Shown here: piece by piece, positions 1 to 13,192 of the stretch
How positions within the stretch are numbered: the stretch's first letter is position 1
Layout of the letters: the number at the start of each line of letters is the position of its first letter
Source of the DNA: Podarcis erhardii
Lineage: Eukaryota
Length of the DNA: 64,000 bases
NCBI GenBank assembly: GCA_964252035.1
Contig: OZ176207.1
Strand: one strand, 5' to 3'
The notes under the pieces: generated by a model
Told to the model about the DNA's origin: nothing
Database searches by the model: none
The model's input: the letters and a program-made list of their open reading frames with translations, nothing else
Translations under genes and position numbers: made by a program

Positions 1-520
1 AACTGTGAACCGTGAGGTAGATGTACTCACAAAGTTTTTGTTCCGCTACTGAGGGAAGTGATGTAGGTGTCACATGATTAGACAGGCAAAATGGCTGCGT
101 CTGCAGTGAGAAGGCATTTTGTGTTGTTGAACTGAGCAAAACGGAATCTGTAACTGTTGTGCAATGGCATTTTCAATCGTAGAAAATGTATCTACGGTTG
201 GCATTAAAAAATTGAAACTATGGGCTGATTGTGCAAACTTAGAACTCCTAGATAGTCGTGTGTATCAGAAGAAGCCGTCAATAGTGTTTGCACCACCATT
301 CAACGAAGCCTGGGAAAATCGATGCTTAGGGTGAGTCACGTTTGGGCAAAAATGGATTAGCGGTTCAATGTGTGTCGTGTGACAAAGAACATCTGTGACT
401 GTTTCTAAAAAAAACTTTAAACATTCCCCTACAATTCTGTTACAGGTAACATAAGATATGTTACATTCTTCTTCTTTTTATAGTGCATTGAAACTGTGTA
501 CTTCACTGTGAATCACCCTG
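1..520 (+). mobile_element. Degenerate Tc1/mariner-type DNA transposon, right end
   Basis: Ends ...AATCACCCTG followed by TA (521-522). From ATG at 91 a frameshifted peptide EKAFCVVELSKTESVTVVQWHF resembles the N-terminal HTH (DUF4817-type) of mariner-like transposases. Left end is outside the window. Confidence 0.6.
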
Positions 521-1286
521 TATTATTGGTTGAATTTGTCTGTACTTATAAACTGTTTGTATCATGAGTGCCAATTATAAGGATAGGACCCTTCAAAGGT
601 GCGGCTACTCAGTGGCAGCAATGGGTGAGCTCTCCTCAGCTCAGTTCAGAATTAGGCTCCACTAATACATTGTTTTCTTGAAAAACAATTACAGTATAAA
701 TCTGTTAAATATAGATTTAATTCTCCAGAGTTTTTAAATTCCAAAACTTGGAAATTGTGTCACACGCCCAACGGCATAATTGGGAGCAAAAAGGGCCCAA
801 ACATTTACCCAGAATGCCTCACCCGTGAGCTGTCACCCATTTTCTTCATCCCAAATTCATTTGTCAGTGGCAGCAGCACCATGAACAACCAGGTCTCCTT
901 TGTTCCCTAATGCCTAGAATACTGAAAAGGCAGAATTCCAGACTGCAGGGACCATGAGACATTTAGTTTTCTAGTGCACCTGGGTAATTAGCAGGGATGT
1001 GGACAGAGCATGTTCCAGGTTTGTTTGCACCTGGGATGCTGTTAAATATCCCCTTAGCAGTGCCAGGAGACCTGGGTCATGTGGTTTCCAGGATGCCTGA
1101 TAGTTCTACTGACTACTCAGATACCATGGGGAGACAACGTGTTCCCCGAGCTCCTTGCTGATTTGAATATTGTCAGAAGCTCAGCTTGCATTCCAAGTGG
1201 AATAACTCTGCAAGGAAGTGGCACTTGGTTCTTAATACAGCTGAGTAATACAAGCAGGAGAAATTTTAAACCTGATAGAAGCAGAC

Positions 1287-1288
1287 AT

Positions 1289-1327
<39 letters not shown>
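1287..1327. repeat. (ATTT)n microsatellite
   Basis: About 10 perfect units. Confidence 0.95.
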
Positions 1328-2794
1328 CTGCCACATCATAAAATAAAGGGGTGCTGTACGTGTTGAAACATAAAACACCATTTAATTTTTTTAATGTAAT
1401 TATTCTCTAAGGTTACTGGCTAATCAAAAGTAAGCATTAAATATCTGCAAAGGACTGAAAGTTAAAAGGGAGAAAATTAGGAAAATGTCATCCTCATCAC
1501 TTAAAAATCACAGGGGCAGGGAGATGAGAGATCATATGCCTTCCCCTCATCTCCCTTTCTTTTTTCAAGTAACAGCATTTAAGATCACAAGATCTCTACT
1601 TCAGAAAGTCAGCTGAATTTCCTTTCCAGTTATCCGTGTGCAAACTTTTCAATTCGTTTGCATCCAGGGAAGTGAGCAGAATTTTGGCCAATGCTGTCGT
1701 ATGAAGCAAACAAAAGAATTAAAATTTCTCTTTATTCACGTTGAATGGAATGCTGTTTACTGCCACTTTTAGCAAAAGCATTTGAATTTTTGCAAACTGT
1801 GCTGTTCATGAATCATCGGCAATTCTGCTTGCAATTAAGGCATCCTGCTTTGTAAAAGAGGTGTTTACACAGATGTTTCAGTTATAGTTAGCAGGAGATG
1901 GCAGAAAAAAAAGGTTGTAAATATAAGAATTATTTGAGAGATGTTTCAAAAGCTTCTGTCTTGAGAACTGATGTGATAGATCATCCTGCTCTTACTGTCT
2001 TGTTTTTGCCAAAGCCTTTGGCTATACTTTTTCCTGTGTCTTGACTCCTTTCTATACAGTGGCTTCTTTGTGCATTAAAACCACAGTACTCACACAAGCC
2101 TCATGGGAGACCCAAAACACATTCCTTCACCTAATGTTGCCATTGATGGATGATCCAAACACCTTTCATTATAGTGGCACCTCAACTGCAGGGAAATCAT
2201 GGTTCCCCAGGACTTTGTAGGTGGAATTCGCTGATAAAATTCAACAACTTCCTATTCAAGCATTTCTGTTGCTCCTATAATTGTTGTGTGTCCAGGCACC
2301 TATTGATTACTGCTTAAGAAACCATTTGTATACAGTGGCAAATGCTGATGTATTTGGAAACCATTCAAAAATTTGGAGGACTATATTTTATTTTTATTTT
2401 TTTCAGTTTTGAGACAAAATACTCCAAGCTTTACAAGTTGAGAAAGAGCCTTCACGTAGTCTTCTATATCCACCCTCCTCCCATGCTGCATTGCCCCATC
2501 ATCTCATGAATGTGTATTCCTATTCTATCTCCTATTGTTGTCTAAATAGGCAGGGGGCAACATGAATGGTGAATGGAAGAAAGGAATCTCCAACATATTT
2601 TTTGGTAAGAATGCCAGCTCAGATCCCAAAGGAAGCAGAATAAAGTGTGTAAATTAAGGCATGAAAGAAATAATGGGGGTTGAATTCTTCTTGGCTCAGG
2701 CTGAGGAAATCCTCAGATAGGAGGCACAAAGCCAATTTCCTCCAAGTGTGATAATGCCTAGAAATAACCCACAATTTGACATTTATGCTCTCAC

Positions 2795-2944
2795 CTTTTC
2801 TCCTTTCTCTTTCTTTCAGAATAGCTTCCAGCCATTCCTGCTTTTCTTCGGGTGTTTTAGCCATACACACAAACCATTTATTCTTTGCTGTGTTGTGTAT
2901 CTTCCAACCATTGAGAACTATGTGACCACTGCTGTGATAATCAG
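2795..2944 (-). CDS. PREX2: PREX2 coding exon 9 (end of PH domain)
   Basis: 150 nt, TTCTAG|(A)[49 protein letters not shown](G)|GTGAGA. Confidence 0.96.
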
Positions 2945-3269
2945 CTAGAAAAAGGTAACACAAAGGAAACTTTGGAGGATGTGCATGAATGTTTAGCAAG
3001 TAAACCCTCTGGCCCATACAAAGTATTTTCTGATCCCACCCTGAGACAGGAAAATTACCCTCAACACTACCAGCACACACACTGCCCTCCTTTAAAAAAA
3101 TCAATATAGTCCTAAGATTTTATTATCTACCTCAACACCAAACAATCATCGTGGGAGATAAGCTTCTCCCTGAGAGTGAAATGTAAAATACATTTATCAA
3201 GGGTTGTATCCAACTAAGTTAGAGCAGACACATTGAAATTAATGTTAGTCATTGTCCATTAAGTTCAAC

Positions 3270-3450
3270 AGAAGGCATGTTGGATACAACCCAAAGACAC
3301 AATGAATCTTGGCATATAGGAACGTTGCAATTGATGAGCAGCTAATGTCTTTTAGAGGAAGATGTCCACTGAGGCAAGATATACTGTCCAAACATGCAAA
3401 GTATGGCATAAAATTCTGATTTTGTTGCAATTCCTCATCATCTTGCTTAT
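3270..3450 (+). mobile_element. piggyBac transposase fossil fragment in PREX2 intron 8
   Basis: 3321-3419 translates NVAIDEQLMSFRGRCPLRQDILSKHAKYGIKF*, matching the piggyBac DDE motif TIDE...FRGRCP.RQY...KP.KYGIK.W. The stop sits at the expected Trp. Confidence 0.8.
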
Positions 3451-3883
3451 GATACAGACATAGTATTCAACAGCACAGACAGATCTGGGCTGCTGATGTG
3501 GTTTCCCAATGCTAAGAAACACCTATTGATGGACAGTTCAAATAATAAAAAAGACTTTACGGGGTCTGAAACAGCTAAGTGCCCCATTGAATGCTTAATG
3601 AATGTTTTCTCCTCAGAGTGTACTACCACTAACTAATTTTGTTAGTTAGTGGTAGATATACTGTCTCAGCACAGCAGCTCATAGAATAGACTGCGTGCCT
3701 TTGTTTAACTTGTTTAACTTATTATTATTATAATCTTTATTTAATTTCTGCTAACTACTGCCAAATTACTGCATATATAGATTATTGCAAATATAAAGAA
3801 ATGCAAAAACAACAGAATAGCTCAAAAAGAAGATGCATTGATATTTAGTTACAACAACCATTTTAGATTATCTCCTTGGTTCA

Positions 3884-4093
<210 letters not shown>

Positions 4094-4404
4094 TTAATTG
4101 TATTACAGATGCAACAAATCTTTTCTGTATGCTGTGACAGATGCAACAAATCATTTCTGTATGCTGTGATAAAAAAATTTTTATAATAAAGTTAAGCTTG
4201 AAAAGACAGGCAAGAAGGATACCTTGCAGACCTATTGTCCCCCCCTTTAAGTGTAGTTGTTTTGCATTCTACAGAGTGTATAATTTCAAAAATTTAATGC
4301 ATATATTAACATTAAAGTATCTAATCAAAATATCAGAAATATTTTTAACATTAAAATCGACATCATTTTGTTTTATGGAGTCAGTCTTCGGTGCATGTTT
4401 CTTA

Positions 4405-4539
<135 letters not shown>

Positions 4540-4612
4540 CTACCCAAGAAACATATTTTAAAAATTGATTGGATCCTAAAGGCTGGTAGAGATTGGCAAA
4601 ACCAAGATACAT

Positions 4613-4960
4613 AGAATTTGGGACCGGTTTACCTACAAGATTGCCTTACCCCGTATTTGCCCACTTGACGGCTTCAATCAGCGGAATTGGCACTTTTACA
4701 GGTGCCACATAACACACTGCATATGTAAGAATTTCGGAATTCCCTGCCTATTGATATTAGGCAGGCGCCTTCACTGCACTCTTTTCAGGGCCTGCTGAAA
4801 ACATTCTTATTTAGACAAGCCGACCCAGATATTTAGAAAGCTTATATGAGTTTTAATTTGTTTTAGTCTATTCTATTGTGGTTTTAACTTTCTGTACGTT
4901 TTAAATTATGGTATAAATTCTTTAGTGATAATGTCATTGTTTTATATTTTTGTAAACTAC
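4613..4960 (+). mobile_element. L2-type LINE 3' fragment
   Basis: Contains GGAATTCCCTGCC...TTCAGGGCCTGCTGAAAACATTCTTATTTAGACAAGCC, typical of a squamate L2 3' end, followed by a T-rich UTR. Confidence 0.6.
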
Positions 4961-5438
4961 TCTGGTGTTTTTTCTACATATTTCATCAAAAAAGTTTTTT
5001 TGCAAAAAACAAACAAACACCCTAATCTGCAGATTTTAATCAAGAAAGCAAAATAACACACTTTATTGCAAGTATTGGGGAGCAATGGTTTTTGGCCAGA
5101 ACTCTTCCTTTGCTATTGCTACCAGATCTTGGTTGAAGAATTTTGCTTCCCTCTAAATCTAATGACCGGCTTTCAGTATTGACTTTCCCCTTGAACTGTT
5201 CTCATACATAAGAAGATTGCTGCCCTGGGATCCTTTGGGAGGAAGGGTAAGATATAAAATTAACTAAGTAATTATATGATGTCAGGTTATTTGCTCTTGA
5301 GTGGCAGCTGCTCTCAGTGGTCTCAAGCAAAAGTGTCTTTCTCACAAGCAGGACATGTAGGCAGCAGCAATTTCCCACTGTTCCCCAGCAATTGATAGCT
5401 TATATCCATTATTACTAGGAGCCATTGATAGCCTTAAT

Positions 5439-5778
5439 AAGGTAAAGGACCCCTGACAGTTAAGTCCAGTCGCGAATGACTCTGGGGTTGTGGCGCTCAT
5501 CTTGCCTTACTGGCCAAGGGAGCTGACGTTTGTCCGCAGACAGTTTTTCCGGGTCATGTGACCAGCATGACTAAGCTGCTTCTGGCGAAACCAGAGCAGC
5601 GCACGGAAACACCATTTACCTCCCCCCCCCCCCCGGAGAGGTACCTGTTTGATGTGCAACTGCTAGGTTGGCAGGAGCTGGGACTGAGCAATGGGAGCTC
5701 AACCTGTTGCGGGGATTCGAACCGCCGACCTTCCGATCGACAAGCCCTAGGCTCAGTGGTTTAGACTATAGCGCCATC
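5439..5778 (-). mobile_element. Sauria SINE (POM-type)
   Basis: Reverse-oriented tail AGGTAAAGG, central body and tRNA-like head with B-box (GGATTCGAACC on +). Internal deletion and poly-C run. Confidence 0.9.
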
Positions 5779-7602
5779 CTAAATTCCTGCACACCATTCT
5801 ACCTTGGGAACATGAAAACTTGTACTGCACCGCTAAACATATTTCCTTGGCTATAAGCATGAACGATATCAATGAAACCTGCTTTAAGGTAAAATAAGCT
5901 AAAGCTAGAATGTTAGTAATTATGTGTGGTTCAGAATGTATAGCTAAGCCATTTGTACAAGTCAGAACTATGCTGAATTAGGAACTATAACATCTAGCAT
6001 AATGACATCAAACATTATTAATTGATTGGCTGAGCAAAATAATTTCTTTAAAAGGCACTCTAAAGAATAGGTAAAAACCCAATAAAATAATGTGCTTTCA
6101 CAGCTATTTATTTGCACTTTGTGCCTAAGATGGACTATCAAATACCATGGAAATGATTCATGCTACTGTGTCGTTTGAGATGTAACTAAAGATCAAAAAC
6201 AAGATATCCATGATCTGAAACCTATCAATAAAAATAACTGTTTGTAACAGAATACAACATATTCTCTAATTAGCTGCTGGCTAGAAAACAATTGTGTTTG
6301 AGTTACTCCAGACAGTATCAGGGATTTCTTCTCTTGTGAATCCAAAAACGTTACTACCTATTTTTCTAACAGCTGAGATCCTGCTATATGAACATCATCT
6401 CAGACAAGCTGTACTTTGATGAGGATATTGAAATTAGCATTGTACTATGATTTTTAAAATAAAATTAATTGAAGTTTTAAAGACTATATTCTTTTTTTAA
6501 AAAAAGTCTGTATTCCCACAATTTTTTTTTAATTGTCAGCAACACAAGATTAGCTTATGAAACTTTTGTGTAGGAATGCAAGTCATGCTTTGATCCTCCA
6601 TCAGATGCTAAAAATAGTCCTCTTCCCAGCTAAGCAATGTGCTAAACATTTTCTTCTGACAGAAAATCTCTAACAAGTGTGCTTCTCTGTTCTTAAGAAT
6701 TGTAGCAAACCAGATGTTTAGTTAATTAAACCAGTTCTTGCAGTGTAGAAGAATTTATTGCAAAGAAGCCTCCGAAAACTGGCTAGCTTTTGCAGAAACC
6801 ATTTAAATTCAGAGAGTTTGAAGTGGAAAACTATCATATGAAGAAAAAGTCTTCCTTTACTGGGTATTAACTTGTAACTAAAGCATACCTTCAAATCTGA
6901 TTACTAATATAGGGCTGGATGTGACATCACCTTACTGAAAAACTATCATTATCCAACATTATGTTACTGGTACAAAACATAGGAAGCTACTCTGAGCTGA
7001 AGCAACAAGCTCAAAGCTCTTTGCACACTGAGCTTCTCAGGTAGACTTGAGGTTGAACAACAGGTTTGATTACCCATTTTCCTTCCAAGGTAAGGGAAAC
7101 TGACCTCACTAAGCCTGGCAAGACAGCTTACTCTTACCCCTTCTTACACTAATTCGACTTATGTTGGTAATATGAGGCTGGTTGTCCCATAATAACTAAT
7201 ATGTGTTTTGATTTGAACATAGTAACACAGGAATAAAGGTAGAAATAGATTATAGCATGAATACTTGGCTACTGCCAAAAGCAGTAACATCAAGTTAATC
7301 TCAGTTCACAACGGCGATGTGAATTTTCCTAACCACACTCTTTTTCCTTAGGAACAGGGAATGCCTCAGTGCATTGGTATCACATCACATGCTTTCTGTG
7401 ACTAAACCTTATCAAGGGACGGAAAAAAGAAAGTATTGAGCGACTGCATTTGTCACCAACCATCCAGTACCCATATTGTACAGCAGGGCTCAAGCTATAA
7501 AGGAAAGGGCAGAGAATCCATAATGAAATCCACAACCCATCTTCTGATCCCTCATCCCAACCCTCACAATTTCAGCTAAATCATGCCCTCTAAACCATGC
7601 AT

Positions 7603-7810
7603 TAAGAATATAATAAAAGCTGTGCTGCATCAGGCTAAAGGCCCATCTATCCCATAGTCTCACAGTGGCCTACCAGCCAGCCGCCTACGAGAAGACCACA
7701 AGCAGGATGTGTGCACAAAAACAGTCTCCCCACTCATGATTCACAGTAATCCATATTCAGAGACATACCACCTCCATCAATGGAGGGGGAACATAGCTAT
7801 TGTGGCTAAA
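7603..7810 (-). mobile_element. CR1-like LINE 3' tail, old
   Basis: AAGAATATAA...CTGCATCAGGCTAAAGGCCCATCTA pattern, the reverse complement of a squamate CR1 3' end. Confidence 0.5.
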
Positions 7811-8233
7811 GGTAAGGGACCCCCCTCATTCTCCTGAAATTCAAGCATCCACCCAGAGTGTTCCATTGACAGATAAGAGAAAGAAGTTGAGACATAATGG
7901 GAAGAGGGGTGGATGCTCCCTCACACGTGTTTCCCTACCATAACACACTTTTCCCCACTTGTCCTGAAAGAGACAGGGTAGTGAAAGGGAATCTCATCTT
8001 AATCCCACCCTCTGCCTCACCCACTGAAAATATAGGTGGTGTCTCCCGCAATGGTTTGGGGGCAATAGTCAAAAGAGACCCTCCTGCTGCCTCGCCCAAT
8101 CCCCAAATTTCTGTTATTAATCCTACAGACAAGAACTCACCCAGTTCACAAGTATAATATTATTCCTACTATCAAGAAAAAGGACAAAGCATTTTATTCT
8201 AATTGTGAATTATGGATTGTTCCCAATATGTCA

Positions 8234-8515
<282 letters not shown>

Positions 8516-8597
8516 TTAAAAGAAAACAATTAATCCCTGCACTTTCACACTAATGAAAACCAATTCCCGCACTTTCACTGCTCATCATTTCACTGTT

Positions 8598-8783
8598 GGG
8601 GAAGAACCACAGCTCAGTGGCAGAACATCTGTTTTGCACATAGAAGATCCCAGGTTTAGTCCTCATCATCTCCTGTTAGGGATGGGAAAGGTCCCTGCAT
8701 AAAACTCTGGTGAGCTGCTGCCAATCATTGACTAGATGGGCCAATGGTCTGACTCACCATAAGGCAGATTCCTATGTTCCTAT
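8598..8783 (+). mobile_element. tRNA-derived SINE (Squam-type) with CR1-like tail
   Basis: A-box AGCTCAGTGG, degenerate B-box CCAGGTTTAGTCC, tail GGCAGATTCCTATGTTCCTA. Confidence 0.65.
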
Positions 8784-9630
8784 TATAGGAGACAAGCTGT
8801 AGTGTCATACACACTTACTTGGGAGCAATCCTCACTGAATCCAGAAAGATTCATGGGAATGACCAATCAAACTGATAGGGATACTAAAACTAAATATTAG
8901 GTATTAGTACCCTCTTTTATTAAATCTATGCTTAATTCTTCCATTCAATTCTCTCATGGGACTTCCCCAACTCCTTCCCTGGATTAAGTAGCACACACCA
9001 GTCCACAGCATATTGCAGGATGGGGATTTCAGGGGCTCCACAAATATGCAGCATGGAAAAAGGGAAATGCTAGCCCCATCCTTCAGAGATGCTGATAGAA
9101 GCAGGATATGGAGACAAGCTCCTGGCAAACAATGGGAGGGAACTACACAGCATCCAACAGTAGATATGCATGAGAGAGGAAAGAAGTAGGGTTTCTCCTG
9201 AGCAGTCTTCTCTAATCTGGTATCCTCCAGATAGTTGGGACTTCAACTTTCATCAGCCACAGCCAATCTATCACAGATGTCGTCAACTCCCCCAGTCCAA
9301 ACATGGAACCTGTCAGTCACAAAGCAGTTCCTCGCAGCAGCACTACTCTCTCCAACATTACCCTGGTTAGGGACAAAGTTGCGAACTGCTAGAGTGATCC
9401 CAATGTTGCTTGCCTACTAGAGTTTCACACTTGTTCTTTATATCCCTTCACCTAAAGGATTCTGCAGGCATTACATGGAAAAATGGATCAGATCCAAAAG
9501 TAAACTTCTATCAAGCACAATAGGGGAAAATGTGAAATGATAAGTCTCATTTGCTTCAGGAAAGGGATTGTCATTACTGAACATCAAACAGAATTTAACA
9601 AAGAATATGTTTTCAGTATAAAATATTCTA

Positions 9631-9750
<120 letters not shown>

Positions 9751-10539
9751 CTAGAAAGGAATTGAAACATTTAATTCTTTTGGAATTAATTCTCCATTGT
9801 CAATATTATGCTCCTGGATCTTGCTTGACTGCTCAGTTTTCAGACGGTTTCACTGGGTGGCAATGCCTTTTACCAAATTCCCTTTATTAGCAGGCTGCAG
9901 ACATTCCTCTGTTATTATGGCCAAAGTTGGATCAGGCCAGTGGTTCATCTAGTCCAGCATCCTGTTTCCACAGTTTTCTGAGAACTTAGTTTGCATTCAG
10001 CCAGACTTTTTCTCAGTTGCATTTGAGCCATCTCCCAGCTTATTTCCTCACCCTAAGCTCTACAATATACCAGAGAGCCAAGGGGGCTCCACGAAGCAGG
10101 AGAGGGCGCTCAGGAGCAATTGTGTCAACAGCCTGAGCCCCATTTGGCTGTTTCAGAGGTCAGCCAGGGCTTTGACAGAAGCACCAGTCATATCAACCAG
10201 AAAATCCCTCAGAGCTGTCTAAAAACATACTGGATCAATCAGCCTTTGAGGGTGGACCACCTCTGCAGAGGGGGAAAGGTGCTGAAAGCCTCAATCTCAG
10301 CAGGAAGTGTTCTGACCATGACCATGACTATTTGTTGCATGTGTGACCTTTTATGTTGCAGATTTCAATGGGATAAAGTTTGGGACTGACCCAACCATGC
10401 AAGGCAGCCAAAATTCAAGAGTTTCCTACATCCGTTACACAAGATAGCTTGGGAGAGTGAGCCCTGCTGCACTTTTGAAGAAGGTACACAGAGGCAACTT
10501 AGCAGCTTGTTGACCGAGTCATATCTGTTGAATTCTAGC

Positions 10540-10708
10540 ATAGTTGAGAGCTTTTAAATACCAGTTCCTGGGAACCACAGGAGGGGAGAGGGCTCATGTG
10601 TTCAGATCCTGCTTGCAGGTTTCCCCACAGGCCTCTGGTTGGCCACTATGTGAATAGGATGCTGAACTAGATTGGCCTGATCCAGCAGCCTCTTATTATG
10701 TTCTTAAT
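10540..10708 (+). mobile_element. CR1-like LINE 3' tail
   Basis: ...AGGATGCTGAACTAGATTGGCCTGATCCAGCAGCCTCTTATTATGTTCTT. Confidence 0.55.
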
Positions 10709-10828
10709 CTCTATTGCCATTGAAGCAGGACTCTGGGGCAGAAACCAGGGCCCAACTCAGCAGAATAAATGGCAAGCGGGCCTGGCTTACCACATTTTTG
10801 AAGTGATACACATTTCCCTCCAAAAACA

Positions 10829-10835
10829 GTGCGCG

Positions 10836-10869
<34 letters not shown>
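10829..10869. repeat. Compound (GC)7(AC)n microsatellite
   Basis: Uninterrupted alternating purine-pyrimidine tract of about 40 bp. Confidence 0.95.
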
Positions 10870-11298
10870 AGATTGCTAAGTCCAAAATCACCTAACCCCA
10901 CTTTTGTAATGGTACCTGGACACAGTTGTAAGACACAGTTGTAAGGAGGAGGAAGTGAAAAACTTACAGACATTAAAAATGAATCTATTCTTCATATTAT
11001 AATCAATACACTGCTTAGTATATATTATGACAGAGCAGGGTTTTTGTTTTGTTTTATTTAGATCACTCTATAAATATCCCTATATGTATTTTGCTGTATA
11101 ATTTGTTTCTAAACCAGGCATACAGTGTTGCTCTGTAAAATCTTCGCAAGACGGCACTGACTGTGTAATGAAAGCAGACTCTCTAGAAGAATTATTTTGG
11201 TGATCTTCTTATCTTGTGTAAAGAATTACAGAACTTTTAGAAGATATCTGAAGGAAGCTCTGTATCAGGAAGTTTTTAATGCTTGATGTTTTTATTAC

Positions 11299-11352
11299 GG
11301 TAAGCCGTCCAGAGTGGCTGGGGAAATCCAGCCATATGCCAGATGGGTGTGG

Positions 11353-11400
<48 letters not shown>
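11299..11400 (+). mobile_element. L2-type 3' end with (TAA)n tail
   Basis: GTAAGCCGTCCAGAGTGGCTGGGGAAA...CAGATGGGTGTGGTAT followed by about 15 TAA units. A similar end occurs at about 20068-20130. Confidence 0.6.
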
Positions 11401-11401
<1 letters not shown>

Positions 11402-11499
11402 GATCATCCTCATCATCATCTACAGCCATGGATAAATGTAATTGGAGCAATCTTCCTACAAGGAAAATCCAAAGTGCTAGGAGTTTTGACATTTAGAAT

Positions 11500-11950
11500 A
11501 AAAGACAGTGGGTGCAGCATAGGACATGAAAGGGATTTATGGATGATGTAGAGAAAGTAAACAGTGAAAGCTTTCCCCCTCTATTTCATAACACTAGAAC
11601 TTGAAGTATTCAAATTATATTGATGGAGGAACTCATTCACACAACTCATAATTAATTTATGACATTCATTGCCACATGATGACCACTAACTTAGCTGGAA
11701 ATGAGGTGAGTTTCTATCAATGGATTTTATGAAATGTTGTATATCACCCTCAGAACCTTTGAGTTAAAGTGTAGATACATTATTAATACTAAGGTGGTGG
11801 CAGTGGCGTCCAAAGGCACTCTACAAATACTAGATGATGGAGACAAATGCCAGGGCAGGAGGGGTTGATTGTTTCCATGAACTTTATTGGAGTCACCTGG
11901 CTGGCAACAAAATGGACCTTTGGTCTGACCTACGAGGGCTCTTTGATTCT
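11500..11950 (+). mobile_element. Degenerate CR1 3' fragment
   Basis: GTAGAGAAAGTAAACAGTGAAAGCTTT...CATAACACTAGAAC and terminal ATGGACCTTTGGTCTGACC. Boundaries approximate. Confidence 0.5.
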
Positions 11951-12048
11951 TTCTGCCCTTAAAACAGGCAAATATTTCACTTTTGACAATAACTTATCAA
12001 TTTATCAGTTTAACAAAAGATTTAGGTACAGAATACAAATAAATATTA

Positions 12049-12174
<126 letters not shown>

Positions 12175-12912
12175 TTATATTAGTCATTTGGTCTCCAAGT
12201 TTGCTTTTTAACTTTTTGATTAAACATTTTTTTAAAGGCTTAAGTAACATATATAAAACAGATAACTGAACTCAATTAGATAAGTAAGTAAATAAAACTA
12301 TAAAACACATTACGCCCAATACTGGAAAACTAACCACAGACAAAAACCAGACAGGAAGAACTAGTGCTCATTTCCATTTAAGTATCAGCTTCATGGTTCA
12401 GTTCAAGTAGTTTTTGTGCTCTCTCACTGATTCTAAACCCAGTGCACCGTGAATACTAGATGTAACTGCAAAACTGCATTTTTGGCAGAATTACAAGGTA
12501 ACACTTCATGCCAAAGAATGCATCGCACAGACTGCCACTCATTTCCACAGCAAATGCGCTTTAATGTAAAATGCTTTTTGCACCTGACTGAAAAAAATTT
12601 AATCTATTTTTTTTATGTGGTAAATCATTATAACTGACTCTAGTAGTGTATACTAAAGGGTACTTTGATGGGGGGGAAATGCAGTGCATCATACTATCTA
12701 CAAAATGAACACTGAAACTGTAAGGCTTTCCTTTTTCGCTGTGACTCTGGCTTCCAAGTGTCCTGAAAAGACCTTTAATTATGCAATCAAGTCTGTTTTT
12801 GTCCTCAGTGTGAAGTGTACATGAGCTACCATGCCAGAATTCTTTTTTTAAGCTGAGCTGAGGAAGAGAAAATCAATTAAATATGAAGCTTATATTATTA
12901 AAGTTGACATAC

Positions 12913-13035
12913 AAAGTGAAGAAAGCAGGCTCCCACTTCTTGTTGGGCATTGGGTTCAGGATTTAGACATTCTTCAATACTAGACAGGAAGTCCTTGTGC
13001 GCTTCAAGAATATCTTCAATGTTTGAGAACAATGT
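12913..13035 (-). CDS. PREX2: PREX2 coding exon 3 (DH domain)
   Basis: 123 nt, TACAG|[41 protein letters not shown]|GTATGT. Confidence 0.96.
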
Positions 13036-13120
13036 CTGTAAACAAGATGCCCAGAGAGTGAATGAATGAATGAATAGAAGTAAAGTACAATACATAAAAT
13101 GAGAGTAAATAACAACGAAC

Positions 13121-13192
13121 CTTAACTGTTTCTTCCGTAACATTTTTCTCAATCTTGGAAAATGCCCATTGCATTATTCTATGAAGGAATGC
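13121..13192 (-). CDS. PREX2: PREX2 coding exon 2
   Basis: 72 nt, AG|[24 protein letters not shown]|GTTCGT; phase 0/0. Not in the ORF track in this frame; found by manual translation. Confidence 0.93.

Noticed and set aside
521-2794. PREX2 exon 10 (LKLGMEQD..., DEP1 start)
   Set aside because: Manual search found no matching sequence; it presumably lies left of the window.
2619-3104. 161-aa ORF as a stand-alone gene
   Set aside because: Only 2795-2944 is PREX2 exon 9; the rest is intron read-through bounded by clear splice sites. The same applies to ORFs 3881-4093, 8231-8485, 12898-13152 and 42081-42461.
5668-5778. tRNA-like A/B-box sequences (also 13272, 24850, 35609, 55960, 62717)
   Set aside because: These are SINE heads attached to SINE bodies and tails; no complete cloverleaf, so not called as tRNA genes.
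11279-11551. Poly-Ile, poly-Asn and poly-Leu ORFs (also poly-Val at 47559-47768)
   Set aside because: Translations of (TAA)n and (CAA)n microsatellites.
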